A stretch of 64,000 bases of DNA from the NCBI GenBank assembly GCA_051294905.1, contig CM119372.1:14138001-14202000 (forward strand), read 5' to 3'. A model generated the notes under the pieces. It saw only the letters and a list, made by a program, of their open reading frames with translations, had not been told where the DNA came from and ran no database searches. The DNA comes from Botryllus schlosseri (taxonomy: Eukaryota). Shown piece by piece: positions 13,501-25,216 of the stretch (position 1 is the first letter of the stretch; every line of letters starts with the position of its first letter). A program made the position numbers and the translations under genes.

Positions 13501-14721
13501 ATGGATCGGAATACGAATAAAATGCAAAGCGAACGATACGCAACAGCGTTAAGGAGAAACACTCCTAGACCAGCAGTACATCACCACAGGCCGAGATCAC
13601 TATTTCTTAGAGTGCCTGAGGATGCAAAATATGAAGAAATATGGGACGATCTCTGCGAAAACGAGATAGCCAAACGCTACATCGACAAAATCGAATCCCT
13701 CTGGGAAATGAGAAGGGGAATGTACATCATGTCCTTCTTCAAAAACAAAAACGGCTCAAAAACCAGAGACGCTCTATACGCACAAATAGAGAAACAAGGC
13801 CTAGAAGGCCATAGCTTCAGATATATACGGATGGAACTTCCAAGACCACCAGCCACCCATCTCATAGCAAGCGGAATACCGACAGAAACGGAACCACCAT
13901 CCGTAAGACGAGATATAAACAGCCAAGGCTTCGGCACAGTAGTAGCTCTAACCAGAGTATACAGAAAAAACACTCGAATCTACAATGGGCGAACCAACAT
14001 ATGGGTCGAATCCTTCGATAAGGATAAAATGCCTTCGATTATTTACATCGACGGTTACCCATGCCAAATCAGAACCGCTGAAGACATCTATAAAAAGAGA
14101 TGTTACCTCTGTAACGAGGAAGGCCACGTGGCAAGAGAATGTCAGAGAAAAAACGAGGAAAACAAAAACGAAGAAAACATCGAAACAGATGCAGGCAAAA
14201 ACACAGAAGCCAAAAAATTACCAGAAGAAAACAGAATCAGACTCGGCACTACGAATGACGTCAGACTTGAGCAACCTAGTAACGATAGCCAAAACAACGG
14301 GGCGATATGCGACTGGTTCGTACAAGTCGGAAAAGCCAGAGCGAAGGAAAACAAACGTGTTCATGCGCTCAAAAACAGCAAAGAAACGGAGATAACTTCG
14401 AAACCCAGGAACCAACTACCAAAACCGAAGGTAGGCCAAACAAGAGCACCAATGGACATAGAAGATAGCCCTGCCTCGTCACACATACAGGAAAGGCAAG
14501 GAGACTCGAATCCACGAGTCAGCTCAGAAACCGAACCTTTTGATGACCATAACGAAACGATTATAGACCAAGACTCGCTGGTATCAGAATCTAACAAAAG
14601 AGCCCGAGGGTCGTCCAGCAACGCCAGTGCTGAAACAATATCAGAGAAGAAAACAAAACATGACAGCACAGACGGCTACGATACCGACCTATCGCTATCG
14701 CCAGACAACTCAAAGAAATAA
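13501..14721 (+). CDS. LINE ORF1 protein (nucleic-acid binding, CCHC zinc knuckle), 406 aa
   Basis: CYLCNEEGHVAREC knuckle, preceded by an RRM-like region (IYNGRTNIWV) and followed by a low-complexity charged tail; lies directly upstream of ORF2. Confidence 0.88.
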   Translation: MDRNTNKMQSERYATALRRNTPRPAVHHHRPRSLFLRVPEDAKYEEIWDDLCENEIAKRYIDKIESLWEMRRGMYIMSFFKNKNGSKTRDALYAQIEKQGLEGHSFRYIRMELPRPPATHLIASGIPTETEPPSVRRDINSQGFGTVVALTRVYRKNTRIYNGRTNIWVESFDKDKMPSIIYIDGYPCQIRTAEDIYKKRCYLCNEEGHVARECQRKNEENKNEENIETDAGKNTEAKKLPEENRIRLGTTNDVRLEQPSNDSQNNGAICDWFVQVGKARAKENKRVHALKNSKETEITSKPRNQLPKPKVGQTRAPMDIEDSPASSHIQERQGDSNPRVSSETEPFDDHNETIIDQDSLVSESNKRARGSSSNASAETISEKKTKHDSTDGYDTDLSLSPDNSKK

Positions 14722-17700
14722 TGAAAATCAAAGTAGCCTCGATCAACGTAAACGGACTTTCAAATAGACTGAACGATTTAGAACAGTACATACTCAAATC
14801 GAACCCGGATATACTGCTCATACAAGAAACCCACAGAATCGACAAAACAGCCGCGATGGAATGGGCTGAAAAACTGGGATTCACTATACACCTCAACTCG
14901 AAAAGCAAAAGAAGGCAATTCGACGGCACAGCCATAATGACGAGGAAGGACTGCCAAGGTAAAATCCTTTCACATACTATTATCATAGAAAACAGGGCCC
15001 AATGCCTCCTAATCAGACTAGACCAATGTCCAATAGCTGTCCTGAACGTTTATGTCCCATCCGGACAATCAGGCCCAACCCGAAAAAATAGAACTGACTT
15101 CCTGACCGCGCTAAAAGAATATATCAATGAAATCGATGACTCCATAATTATGGGAGGTGACTTTAATACCATATTAGACAAAAAAGATACGAAAGAAAAA
15201 AGGAGCTTCGAAATTAGAAATGACACAAGAATACTCCAAGAAATAGTATCCCAATCCAATATGGTAGACATCTTTAGACAAAAATATCCCAAAGTCGAAA
15301 TATTCACCCACGTGACTGCCAAAAGCGCCAGAAGAATTGACAGAATTTATGTAACAGAAGAAATAGCTGATGACGTCACGCATTCGGGTCACGAAAATAA
15401 CAACGTAGCAGATCACATAAGCCCCTCCATGACCCTCAGACTCCAACCAGCAACCAAATGGAACAAGAAAAAATGGAAATGTAATAAAGATCTGTTATCA
15501 GACAAGATATACAGAGAAATCATAGCCAATTTTGTCAATACGGAGGAAGCCAATCTAGACAAGCGCGAATCACTCCAAGAGTGGTGGGACGAACTAAAAA
15601 GAAAGATCGCTAACCTAAGCAAAAGGTATGAAATAGATAAGAGAAAAAAGACCGACCCGAGCCTAAAATACCAAAAAGTAAGAGGAAAACTTACGATGCT
15701 AACCCGCTCTGATAATCTTGAAGGAGAAAGAAACTCTCATCGATCGCTGTGGGCGCAGTTCCGAAAAAGAACGAAACAAACCGACATGAAGGAGCTACAA
15801 ATAGACGACGGGACAATAACAACAGACAAGTCCAAGATCGCTAACCATGTCAAATCCTTTTACTCAGAGCTCTGGACGCGCCACCGGATAGACAACACCG
15901 AACAGCAGGCCGGATACATAGCAGAATACGAACCGAACCCGACCCAGCAACATGCGCCTGGAATACAACCGTCGGTACGAAAAGAGGAGGTACTGGAAGC
16001 CCTCAAGTCCATGAACAAAGGGAAATCACCAGGGCCAGACGGCCCTACGGTAGAATTTTATATCACGGTATGGAAAACAATTGGCAGCAAATTAACGCAA
16101 ATTATAAACAACGCAATACTATTCGGAAATATTCCACAAAGCTGGAACGAGGCCAGAATAACCTTGATCCACAAAGGGAAAGAAAAAACAAACATTAAAA
16201 ACTGGAGACCGATATCATTACTGAATATAGATTATAAGATTATGGCTAAAATTCTAAATTCCAGATTATCCAAAGAGATCGTGGACTACATCTTTGAATC
16301 ACAAAAAGCAGGTATCCCTGGCAGACAAATGGACTCCATCCTCAACAACATCCGAGCAACACTGCGTTACTATAAAGAAAAGCGAACAGAAGGATACCTG
16401 ATGACAATATACGCCAAAAAAGCCTTCGATAAGGTAGACCACTGCATGTTGTTTAAAATTCTTGGAAAACTGCCCATCTCCGCACAGACCCTAAATGTCA
16501 TACGGGCAATATACAACAAACCGATGGCTACGATAGAGATAAACGGCCAACAAATAGCCAACATACCATACACGAGAGGCATCAGACAAGGATGCCCTCT
16601 CAGTATGACGCTATACGCCATCAGCGCAGATCCTATGGCCCGTAGAATCAACAACAACAACTCGATAAGAGGAATACGTATTGGAGGAATGTACCACAAG
16701 ATCGACCAATTCGCCGATGACATCACCCTATACCTATCCGACATAGACTCAATAACGCAAGTGCTAAGAGAATACTCGAGCCTGTACCAAGCCACTGGGC
16801 AGGAAATCAATACCGAAAAAACCGAGATCCTACCCATGAACCCTAAATCCCACCAACGACTAAAAGATTCCAGGCACGCCCAGTTCGCAAAAACAAAAAT
16901 TAAAATCCTCGGAATCCACTACGGGGAGGATGCGAATGGAACAAATCATGACAACCTCATAAAAGAAATAAGAAAGCAGGCCGCCAACATCAAATCAAAA
17001 AAGCTATCATGGATCGGGAAAATACAGGCAATCAAGGCATACATAATGACAAAAATAACTTACATATACTACAATATTCAGATCACCGAACAACGAAGAA
17101 AAGAACTGGAAAGGATAATCTACAACATCCTGTGGAGTCCGGAAAACTTGGAGCAGAAATCGAGAATCACTCTAATTAGACCCAAACAGCACGGGGGAAT
17201 AGGGTTCCCGGACGTGGCCAGCACAATACATGCCAGGAACGCCAAGCGCATACAAGAGATCGAATCTATTACAACACCCAGTGAGATATGGCACGCGGAA
17301 GCAATCCATAACATGGGGACCAGGGTGAGGTCTATAAACAATAACCTCTATAACAACTTATATACCCACAGATACGCGCCCTCCCGAGACTGGAAGAAGG
17401 AAATAGACTCATACGAGTCACTGAGAGGAGAAAACACACAAACGTGGAAACTGACCCAAAAAGAGATATACGTCGCACTAATTCGAACCAAAACGCAACA
17501 TGATGACCAAGAAACACCAAATTGGAAGCAAATATGGTTATACGAAGAGGCAATCAAACATCAAATATCAAATATTCAACGGGTAATATCCTACAGAATG
17601 AACACTGAGGCATACTTTTCAGGTGCAAGAAAAAACCAATCTGGATGGGCCAAGAGAAAAGACCAGGTCCTCAAAAACGATTGTAAATTCTGCCGTAAAA

Positions 17701-18014
17701 ACCACGATACCATGTATCACATCTTCAACGCATGTCCAATTTATAAAAAGATATTCTATATCGTCAGGGCGGACATCGAGGACGTAATCGGAAACATCAT
17801 CAACGTGTCCATAGAAGAGATTTACCGAAACATCTACACGGGACCACATAAGAAGATCATCATCACAACCTTCATGAATATGAAGACCGAAATATGGATA
17901 TGGAAGATGACGCTCGATAAGAAAAATGAATACGCAGAAGACGCGAACACCGAAATCGAAAACATAAGACGACGCCTATTATCGAAAACCAGACGACAGC
18001 AAAACAGAAGTTGA
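14721..18014 (+). CDS. LINE ORF2 protein: apurinic-like endonuclease, reverse transcriptase, C-terminal CCHC; 1097 aa
   Basis: EN motifs SINVNGL, LIQETH, NVYVP, GGDFN, RIDRIY, ADH; RT motifs KSPGPDG, WRPISLLNIDYKI, KAFD, GIRQGCPLS, FADD; CKFC..H....C at the C-terminus. Confidence 0.95.
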   Translation: MKIKVASINVNGLSNRLNDLEQYILKSNPDILLIQETHRIDKTAAMEWAEKLGFTIHLNSKSKRRQFDGTAIMTRKDCQGKILSHTIIIENRAQCLLIRLDQCPIAVLNVYVPSGQSGPTRKNRTDFLTALKEYINEIDDSIIMGGDFNTILDKKDTKEKRSFEIRNDTRILQEIVSQSNMVDIFRQKYPKVEIFTHVTAKSARRIDRIYVTEEIADDVTHSGHENNNVADHISPSMTLRLQPATKWNKKKWKCNKDLLSDKIYREIIANFVNTEEANLDKRESLQEWWDELKRKIANLSKRYEIDKRKKTDPSLKYQKVRGKLTMLTRSDNLEGERNSHRSLWAQFRKRTKQTDMKELQIDDGTITTDKSKIANHVKSFYSELWTRHRIDNTEQQAGYIAEYEPNPTQQHAPGIQPSVRKEEVLEALKSMNKGKSPGPDGPTVEFYITVWKTIGSKLTQIINNAILFGNIPQSWNEARITLIHKGKEKTNIKNWRPISLLNIDYKIMAKILNSRLSKEIVDYIFESQKAGIPGRQMDSILNNIRATLRYYKEKRTEGYLMTIYAKKAFDKVDHCMLFKILGKLPISAQTLNVIRAIYNKPMATIEINGQQIANIPYTRGIRQGCPLSMTLYAISADPMARRINNNNSIRGIRIGGMYHKIDQFADDITLYLSDIDSITQVLREYSSLYQATGQEINTEKTEILPMNPKSHQRLKDSRHAQFAKTKIKILGIHYGEDANGTNHDNLIKEIRKQAANIKSKKLSWIGKIQAIKAYIMTKITYIYYNIQITEQRRKELERIIYNILWSPENLEQKSRITLIRPKQHGGIGFPDVASTIHARNAKRIQEIESITTPSEIWHAEAIHNMGTRVRSINNNLYNNLYTHRYAPSRDWKKEIDSYESLRGENTQTWKLTQKEIYVALIRTKTQHDDQETPNWKQIWLYEEAIKHQISNIQRVISYRMNTEAYFSGARKNQSGWAKRKDQVLKNDCKFCRKNHDTMYHIFNACPIYKKIFYIVRADIEDVIGNIINVSIEEIYRNIYTGPHKKIIITTFMNMKTEIWIWKMTLDKKNEYAEDANTEIENIRRRLLSKTRRQQNRS

Positions 18015-19168
18015 AAGAACGCGAAAAACTGTCGAAAAAAAAAAAGTCAAACCACAAACGCGCGCGCGAACGCCTAAAAATATCCGATATATGTAATACG
18101 CATATCGCGAGAATAATGTAATTTGATTATTTTCACCGCAATCTCAAACCATGACGCCAGACTATCACCACTTCTATCTTATTACATCTCATGCATTCAT
18201 GTGTATATATTGAATAAAAATGTGCACCTATACGACCCCACCCCCCCCCCCCCCACCCAAATGCCCCAAACACCCCTTCCCAGCCACCATACAGAGAGCC
18301 CAAGACCACTCCGCCCCATAACCCAACCAACAGTTGACTCTAAACCTGAACCACCTCAAAGCTTAGCAAATCCCGAACAGAAAAACCCGGACCACGCCCT
18401 CTCCATTTGCTAAGTGAAAGAATGAGCGTCATCCTTTCAAAAATAGCACATCCACCCATACCCCACAAGACAACCCCCATCCCAAGATACGTATATCATT
18501 TATTGTAATATTGCACTTCTATACTTATGAAAATAAACCACTAAACCAGTAATCGAGTATCACTCATTATGATGTCATATCAGAATGCACAATATCAAAG
18601 TTCAAATATGTTCCTTTTATGCCATCATAACATAATGGTGCCACAAACATAATGCCTGTTATCCGTCACATTAAAGATAATTTGGTATTTATTCGACCAT
18701 ACAGATTTCATTGTACTTCTTGATAATGTTGTGGGATGGTCATGACTTCGTAAATGTGCTATTTCCAGCAACGTTCGTAGCTTTGTACTACGTCTCGTAT
18801 GCTACGACACGGCCAATCAAGGGTTCAAGGCTTCCTCAGTAGAAAATAGTATCCAAACTATAAGTCTCGTTAGTAAATTAACTTTCAGCTGGTAGGAGCG
18901 CATAATGTCAGTACTCGAAAAAATCTCTTTTACTACTCGACTCGAATCCTTAAAAGTAATAGTCGATTCAAATTCGAGTACTCGAATCATTGTGCCCAGC
19001 CCTAATGTCGATATGACTAGCACGTCCCGAGAAATTCCATCACATCGTTGCTCTGAATCGGATAAGCAAATACTCGTTCTTTCGCGATAGTTTTTAATCG
19101 ATCCGCGAAATTGGACAATGGACAGTGTTATTGTGTATATGCCACTATGCATGCGAATTGGAATTTGG

Positions 19169-20360
19169 TAGGGATGGTGTGAACCTCTAAAAGGTTCAGG
19201 TTCGTGTGAACGCGAACCTTTTTGAAAGGTTCTGTGTGAACACGAACGTGAACCTCATGACGTCACGGGACGTCATATTGCTAATTCCAACCTATCCTTC
19301 AATGAAATGATAGCCTATATATATTAATGTAAACGATACCTAGCGACGAATCGGGCAGCATTACGTCACAATGCTGAAATACATATTGACGTTTTTAAAG
19401 TCGCCAAATGTATCAACTGGGGCAATCAAATGATATAATAATCTCATAAAATCAATATCTTCCATCGCTTTGCCAACAATTTTGACGAGGACTTACCAGG
19501 GAATATAAGGGAAGTAAGGGACGTAGTTTATTTTTGTCTTTGATGTTCTTGCGGCATATACACCGACTCATGATATACACGATCTGATATACACACGATC
19601 TGCGTATATGCATACCATGAGTAGGCTATACATGATGTGCATATGCCGTAAGGCAAGGAAGATGCAGAGTATAGCCTTGTAGCTGTGTTGGGATGACTCG
19701 AGTCATGACTTGACTCAAGTCAGACTCGCGTCACCTTTTTCGTATGACAGATCGGAAAATGTATTCGGCGTCTGAGTATTGCTACATTGATATTGATCAG
19801 AGTGTGAAACGGGTTTCTAAACTTGCTCTCGATATTACCCCGTTAACAAGTTATACAGCAGTAGCCAACGCCTCAATCCCACCGATTTGGTTTTACTGAT
19901 CCAGTTAACATATGAAGTAAAGATTGACCCCATACGCCTGCTAGATTGATTATTGGAATAAGCATCATTCGCTGACTAGGCCCTCGTAGCTTATTTCGAT
20001 CGTGATGTTTTGTGATCGTGGGTCAAGCTCACGGGAGAGAGTCAATAAATATTTCCAAACGAAAAGTTGGATATTTCGAGCAAACTTTTGCAATAAAGCA
20101 AGTAAAACTTTTGAGATTGTCAAGGTACATGCTCGTTTAGTGTTGATTTTTTATGCCTATAGCGCCATGCATATAGAGTGGCCTGCAGTTGAAATGCAAT
20201 AAATTTGAACCAGCGATGTTGTAATGAAGTGAAAATTGTAGCATATGAAAAAGGTTCACAGTGCAGAACCTACCAAGGTTCTGTTGTGAACGCGAACCTC
20301 TAAATTTCCGAGGTTCACACACAGAACGCGAACGTGAACCTCACGTTCACACCATCCCTA
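19169..20360. mobile_element. hAT-like non-autonomous element (TAGGGATGGTGTGAAC TIR)
   Basis: TIRs TAGGGATGGTGTGAAC / GTTCACACCATCCCTA; perfect TSD GAATTTGG; GAACC/GGTTC subterminal repeats. Confidence 0.9.
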
Positions 20361-21130
20361 GAATTTGGTACTGTGCATGATCGTCATTCACTCCAGTAAG
20401 GATTTTCCAGCGTAAATAGGGGATGGCAGAAGAGTAGCCCAAAACGACGTTACACTCAGCAAACATTTGTCGCGGTGCGAGCTACTCAGTGCGATGCCAG
20501 AACCCCATGGTATTTTTATGTTGGAGACAAATTACTGATTTGATACGCGATTTCCAATTTGTAATCATCTGTTTCGTGTATTCATTCTTGAAGTCTGTTG
20601 GATACTCTAGTATTCACGAATTATCGTGCACCGTGACTTATAAATGTGCATAGTTTAATTCGTTACGGCCTCGGTGCAATGTGCTTGGCGCAGTGTTTAA
20701 TTCGATTATTCGATTCGTTTCAACTGAAAAATATTATATTCCGATAAACTTGATCGACACCATTGGCTATTTGGTATAAATCGGATTTCTATTGATCAGG
20801 CCGTGATGCCCGCCCATATTCCTCTTACTGCAGTTACAGTTGAATAATAATCATACATTTAAAGATTGAATTCAGCTGTATATCTTAACGTCAACGAGTA
20901 CAGGGTCAGTGTTAAAACGCCGCTTCAGAATTTTAATGCTGTTCACAGCCATGACATGGAGTAAAGTGCATTCTAGTGCAACTATGATGTTATCGACAAT
21001 TGAGTAATTGACAAATATTCATTATGACGCCACAAGCCGGCACTGCGGCACCTATGTCTTTGTTGCTGCATCCGATGTTACTGACGGCTGACAGACTCTA
21101 GATTACTATAGATAACTAACCAACGGGTAG

Positions 21131-21220
21131 ATTAGCAATCTTTATAGACCAGGTGTGACCAACCTTTTCGGCTAAATTAGCAATCTTTATAGACCAGGTG
21201 TGACCAACCTTTTCGGCTAA
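21131..21220 (+). repeat. Exact 45-bp tandem duplication spanning a flank-TIR junction
   Basis: ATTAGCAATCTTTATAGACCAGGTGTGACCAACCTTTTCGGCTAA occurs twice. Confidence 0.9.
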
Positions 21221-21922
21221 ATGGCCACATGCTGACGAACGAGTGCGCTGTCCACTGGCCGCGCCAAGCGCGTAAAAAGATTTAATAATGAACTAGGTCA
21301 CTAATATCATTACTTGAGTATATCGCGGGTTTACTGTATACCGCCTGATGGGCTCAGTCTGCAAGGACACAACTATTCGGCATCTGGACATATCGATATC
21401 GAAGGTTTCCGCTAATATGTGACAATCATTTTGTGCCTATAGATTTCATCGTCGACGATCTTTCTGCGAGCGCAAACGCGAAAATACTTTCTCTCGTAAT
21501 TGCGAATATAGTTATAGACTCAATCGGCTAAATTAGGCGTTTTTTTCATTTTCAGGAGGGGGTAGGCTACCAAGCAAGAAATTGTGTGACAATTAAATAC
21601 GCAAAGCGTGAAGAAAAATTTTACTACTATTTAAATTATTGTATTGTACGACGACATAGAAAACTGAATGCTATGCTATGCTTAACATGTGACTGGACCA
21701 TGGATCTCCCAATGTGTCGGAACTGATATTTTAGTCATCAACATCCCATGTGTAACGGCCAGACTAATCATATTTTTGGTTGGCCTTGCAAGTTCACAAT
21801 CCAAGCAATTCATTTTCGATAATATAGCAGGATTTCGACAGTAATAGGAAATGACCACGCGGGCCACTCAAAACCTTCTCGCGGGCCACATATCGCCCGC
21901 GGACCGCAGGTTGGCCACCCCA
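21195..21922. mobile_element. hAT (Charlie-like) non-autonomous element
   Basis: Ends CAGGTGTGACCAACC / GGTTGGCCACCCC; flanks TTATAGAC / ATATAGAC. Confidence 0.7.
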
Positions 21923-22848
21923 ATATAGACAGACCCATTCGATAGTTTTCAGAGCCGGAGCTGGAGCTGGAGCCGGAGCAGTGGTAATAATGCGGCTCCG
22001 GAGACGGAGCTAATTTATGATAGAAGAAAGCTCCGGAGCCGGAGCTGGAACAATTCAACATTTATGGCTGCTCCAAAGCCCTCACCAGCAGTGTACGCAC
22101 AACTTCAATGTTGTCAGCCAACAAACTGCTGCTGTTGAACGTTCTTTCTCCATTCTAGGCAAGCTACTTAGTAGGGACAGGCACTTTCTGCCCGATAATG
22201 TAGGAAAGTATCTTTCGTTGTACCACAACAAATTTTAATTATTTCTACCATAATGCGTGATGTAACTAATGGAATTCTTCATAGGTTCAGATTTCGTTAA
22301 AATAAAGTTTTTCCAGTTTTGTCAGTTAAGTCAAAAAGTTTTATTAGGCCAAACTACGTCGCAACGACAGACTGTTCCTGCCAGAAATGAAGGTAAGTGG
22401 TATAATTCTAACATTATGTACGAAAACACCTAATTTACATACATTTGGGCAAAATATAATCAAAATTAAGTTTCAGAAGGTCAAAAAATGTCAAAATTTT
22501 CATTTTTCAGGTCAAAATCTTCCGTTTTTAGGTCAAAACAATCTCCTTCGTTAGAACATATCATTTACCGATGTGGTCAAAGCAGTCAGCTTTCCTTCTC
22601 AAGTAGAAGTACAGGAGTATTGTCGTGAATTTCTACTCAATTAAAAGTAGCGATTTTCAGGATGTGCCAAAACTATTTCAAGTAGTAGTAGAAAATGGAA
22701 GTATGTAATATTAGCAAGTAGATTGGGTTGTTTTCATAACATAACATATTGTAAGGCGACCAATGTAATGTAACACCCAGTGACGAAGTGAAATTTACAT
22801 TGGCAATGCGGAAAGCGTATAGGGTGTGCACTGTCATTACCTAGTTTA

Positions 22849-23811
22849 GGGGAGATGTGGTACCGATGGATCACTGGGACCGAAAATACTTTGAAAATTC
22901 TCTATGATAATTCCATGATTACACTCCGTGAACTTGTCCACAATTGCTTGCTGGCAAAATCTTTCCTCATATACAAAAAAATTCGACGTGCGCGAGCTAT
23001 GGGGTCTCTCACAGATGTTTTTTTGTTTTGGGGGGTGTAAAGTAAATTTATATCGACATATACATTTTTCTTTGTAACCTTCAACACGAACAAACCAGCA
23101 ATCAATTTTATTGTGAAGTGCAGGGCTTGTAGCAGGCTATATAATGGCACCTATTATTTTTTTCAGTACTTTCCTTGAGTGGAATTTTTTTCGATTCATG
23201 TATAAAATTCGTAGGGTGGGGGCCGATGATACAATAGCCAAATCAAGCAAAATAATCAAGCATACTAATCATAAAACAAATGAAACATGCCTAAGTACAG
23301 AAAATCTTTATGTAATAATTGCATATGATGTTTTATCGCTATAACGAGGTGTTTGGAAGTCACACTGTCGATTTTCGGGCACTATGTATGTACCCTCAAA
23401 TTTATAAGTCCGAGCCTAAATCGAAACGTGATTTTAAGACAACATTTGAGTTAATATTTATTCTATTTCTTGACGGTTGCGATCAAACATTCTTCTTTGG
23501 CTTACTGTAGCTTAGATTATAATACTGAGCAATAAAAGTTGTCACATCTGAGGTATTTAGGGTATATGTGTCATAGGTCCCCGGGTCGTGTGCCATTGGA
23601 CCCACCGGGTGGGGACCGATGACACGTTTGAGCAACAAATTTTGAACGTCCATAAATATTTTTTGAAAATACGGATATTCATGTATATGTGCGCGATAGG
23701 TAGAGCTTGTATCAAAGTGCTGAGCCAGCAAAAGACCTGCTGTTTTAGGCTGAACATTTTGGGGCCAGCGATCATTTTCCAATTTTTGATCCATCGGTAC
23801 CACATCTCCCC
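22849..23811. mobile_element. TA-flanked MITE (probably Tc1/mariner-pogo type)
   Basis: 25-bp perfect TIR GGGGAGATGTGGTACCGATGGATCA; TA on both sides. Confidence 0.8.
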
Positions 23812-24807
23812 TACATCAGTGTCCTAGAAGCATAATATTGCCGGATTCATCGACCATGTAGACAAGGAACCTCGTATACGAGCTACAGATATATCTATCC
23901 AACCAACCACCCCTTGGTGATTCTCTGCGGTGCGCGAGTTGATCAATCGATAACTTCGTATTTTACAGTTTCAAAGTATACTTCAAATTCATATAAATAT
24001 GATGGCGAAAGTAACGAAAATCTGTTCTTCCGTAAATGCAAGTTATTTTATGTTCGTTAGTTTTTCATCCTTTCATTTTACCGCGCTATTGTAATGTGAC
24101 ATGCTACAGACGGATATACGCATTAAGCATTCACAAATAGAATTAGTCTTTGGGAATTCCGTGCCCGCCCGAAAATTAATTGAATAGAATGCCATCTGCA
24201 AAGCAACATCTCTTGTTGTCTGTTACCGATGCGGTCTCTTCGATATGGAATGAGAAGCATTTGTTATTGATTGCGGTTAACTTTTCGGCTTTTCGATATT
24301 CTTATACGATGGCGATATCTACTTCAACTTGACTAATACCCTTTTAAAAAGTGTTTTTTTTTTAGTTGTATTATTATGTCATAACTGTCTAAACACTTTC
24401 GAAAAACACGTGGTATGACCCTCCCGGATTATTTGCTTCCGATATAGTTGACATGGCATGGTTGAAACCCTCGAAATCGTCGTCGGTTCAACAGTTATAG
24501 CACGTAGACGTAGATCATTGGTACGGAATGGATGTTCTGATGATGATGACCGCCGACTTATAAAATAATGCATAACAATCTAGCGTTGCTGGTTAAAGAG
24601 ATTTTTGGTTTATTTCTGAAAAGGGTCGGAAGCCTATTTCGTCAAAGGAGCCATACTTACCGTACATCTTCAATTGTCAATGTCAATCCACTGTGACGTC
24701 ACAATTTAAAAATCGTGACGTTATGATGAAAAAAGAACACATATTCTAAACATGTTTGTTTTAAAATGATTTTTGTTTTAAATACAACCCTTTATACAAA
24801 TCGAAGA

Positions 24808-25216
24808 AGGGCTGAGCAAAATCGAATACCAGAGTGATTCGATTCAGAATCGAGTATTATGCTTCGAGTCGAGTTTTCGAGAATCACTCAGTATGACGTA
24901 ATAGCAATATGAATGATATGGAAAGTACAAACATGTTCCAGTTCTAATTTCTTGTTGATTTACCATGCCTCTTTCATTGCGTGACACATGCTGCGGTTTG
25001 GTCACGACTTCGCAGATGTCATTTCCAGTAACATGCGTAGCTTTGTATACTACATTTTTCGTGTGCTTTGATACGACCAGTCGAGATTTTAAGGCTTCCC
25101 CAGTGGAAAATAGTATAATTGTAGCACTCGAAAATATCGTCACTCACTGCACGACTAGAATCATTAGAATTAATACTTGATTACGATTTGAGTGCTCGAA
25201 TCATTGCGCCCAGCCC
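24808..25216. mobile_element. MITE of the same family as 13268-19004, without the LINE
   Basis: AGGGCTGAGCAAAATCG ... CGAATCATTGCGCCCAGCCC; aligns across the LINE insertion point. Confidence 0.7.

Larger units (their letters stand above)
13345..18547 (+). mobile_element. Full-length non-LTR retrotransposon, L1/Tx1 type
   Basis: Two ORFs (zinc-knuckle ORF1; APE-RT-CCHC ORF2); 7-bp TSD AGTAATC at 13338-13344 and 18548-18554; AATAAA at 18532. Confidence 0.9.
13268..19004. mobile_element. hAT-like MITE (~530 bp) interrupted by the LINE
   Basis: Ends TGGGGCGGGGCA / TGCCCAGCCCTA; perfect TSD ATGTCGAT; uninterrupted relative at 24808-25216. Confidence 0.8.
12335..22082. mobile_element. Non-autonomous DNA element with GGAGCC/GGAGCT subterminal repeats, expanded by nested insertions
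   Basis: TIRs AGGGCTTTGGAGC / GCTCCAAAGCCCT; direct repeat CACCAGC on both sides (7-8 bp, boundary ambiguous). Confidence 0.75.
11167..22238 (+). pseudogene. hAT-type transposase C-terminal (dimerisation domain) remnant split by two insertions
   Basis: Joining 11167-11232, 12297-12334 and 22090-22238 reads MQDCLGIGSYIKKGMMKNCDVDNIARIMQHGVSPAVYAQLQCCQPT, then after one frameshift TAAVERSFSILGKLLSRDRHFLPDNVGKYLSLYHNKF*; ERxFS is the hAT dimerisation motif. Confidence 0.7.
10980..22549 (+). mobile_element. Old internally deleted hAT-like transposon hosting several nested insertions
   Basis: Left end TAGGGTGATT, GTCAAAA subterminal repeats at both ends, flanks GTTATAAC / GTTAGAAC (7/8); split transposase C-terminal remnant inside. 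Confidence 0.65.

Noticed and set aside
13677..18057. Antisense and alternative-frame ORFs within the LINE
   Set aside because: Shadows of the A-rich coding strand with no independent motifs.
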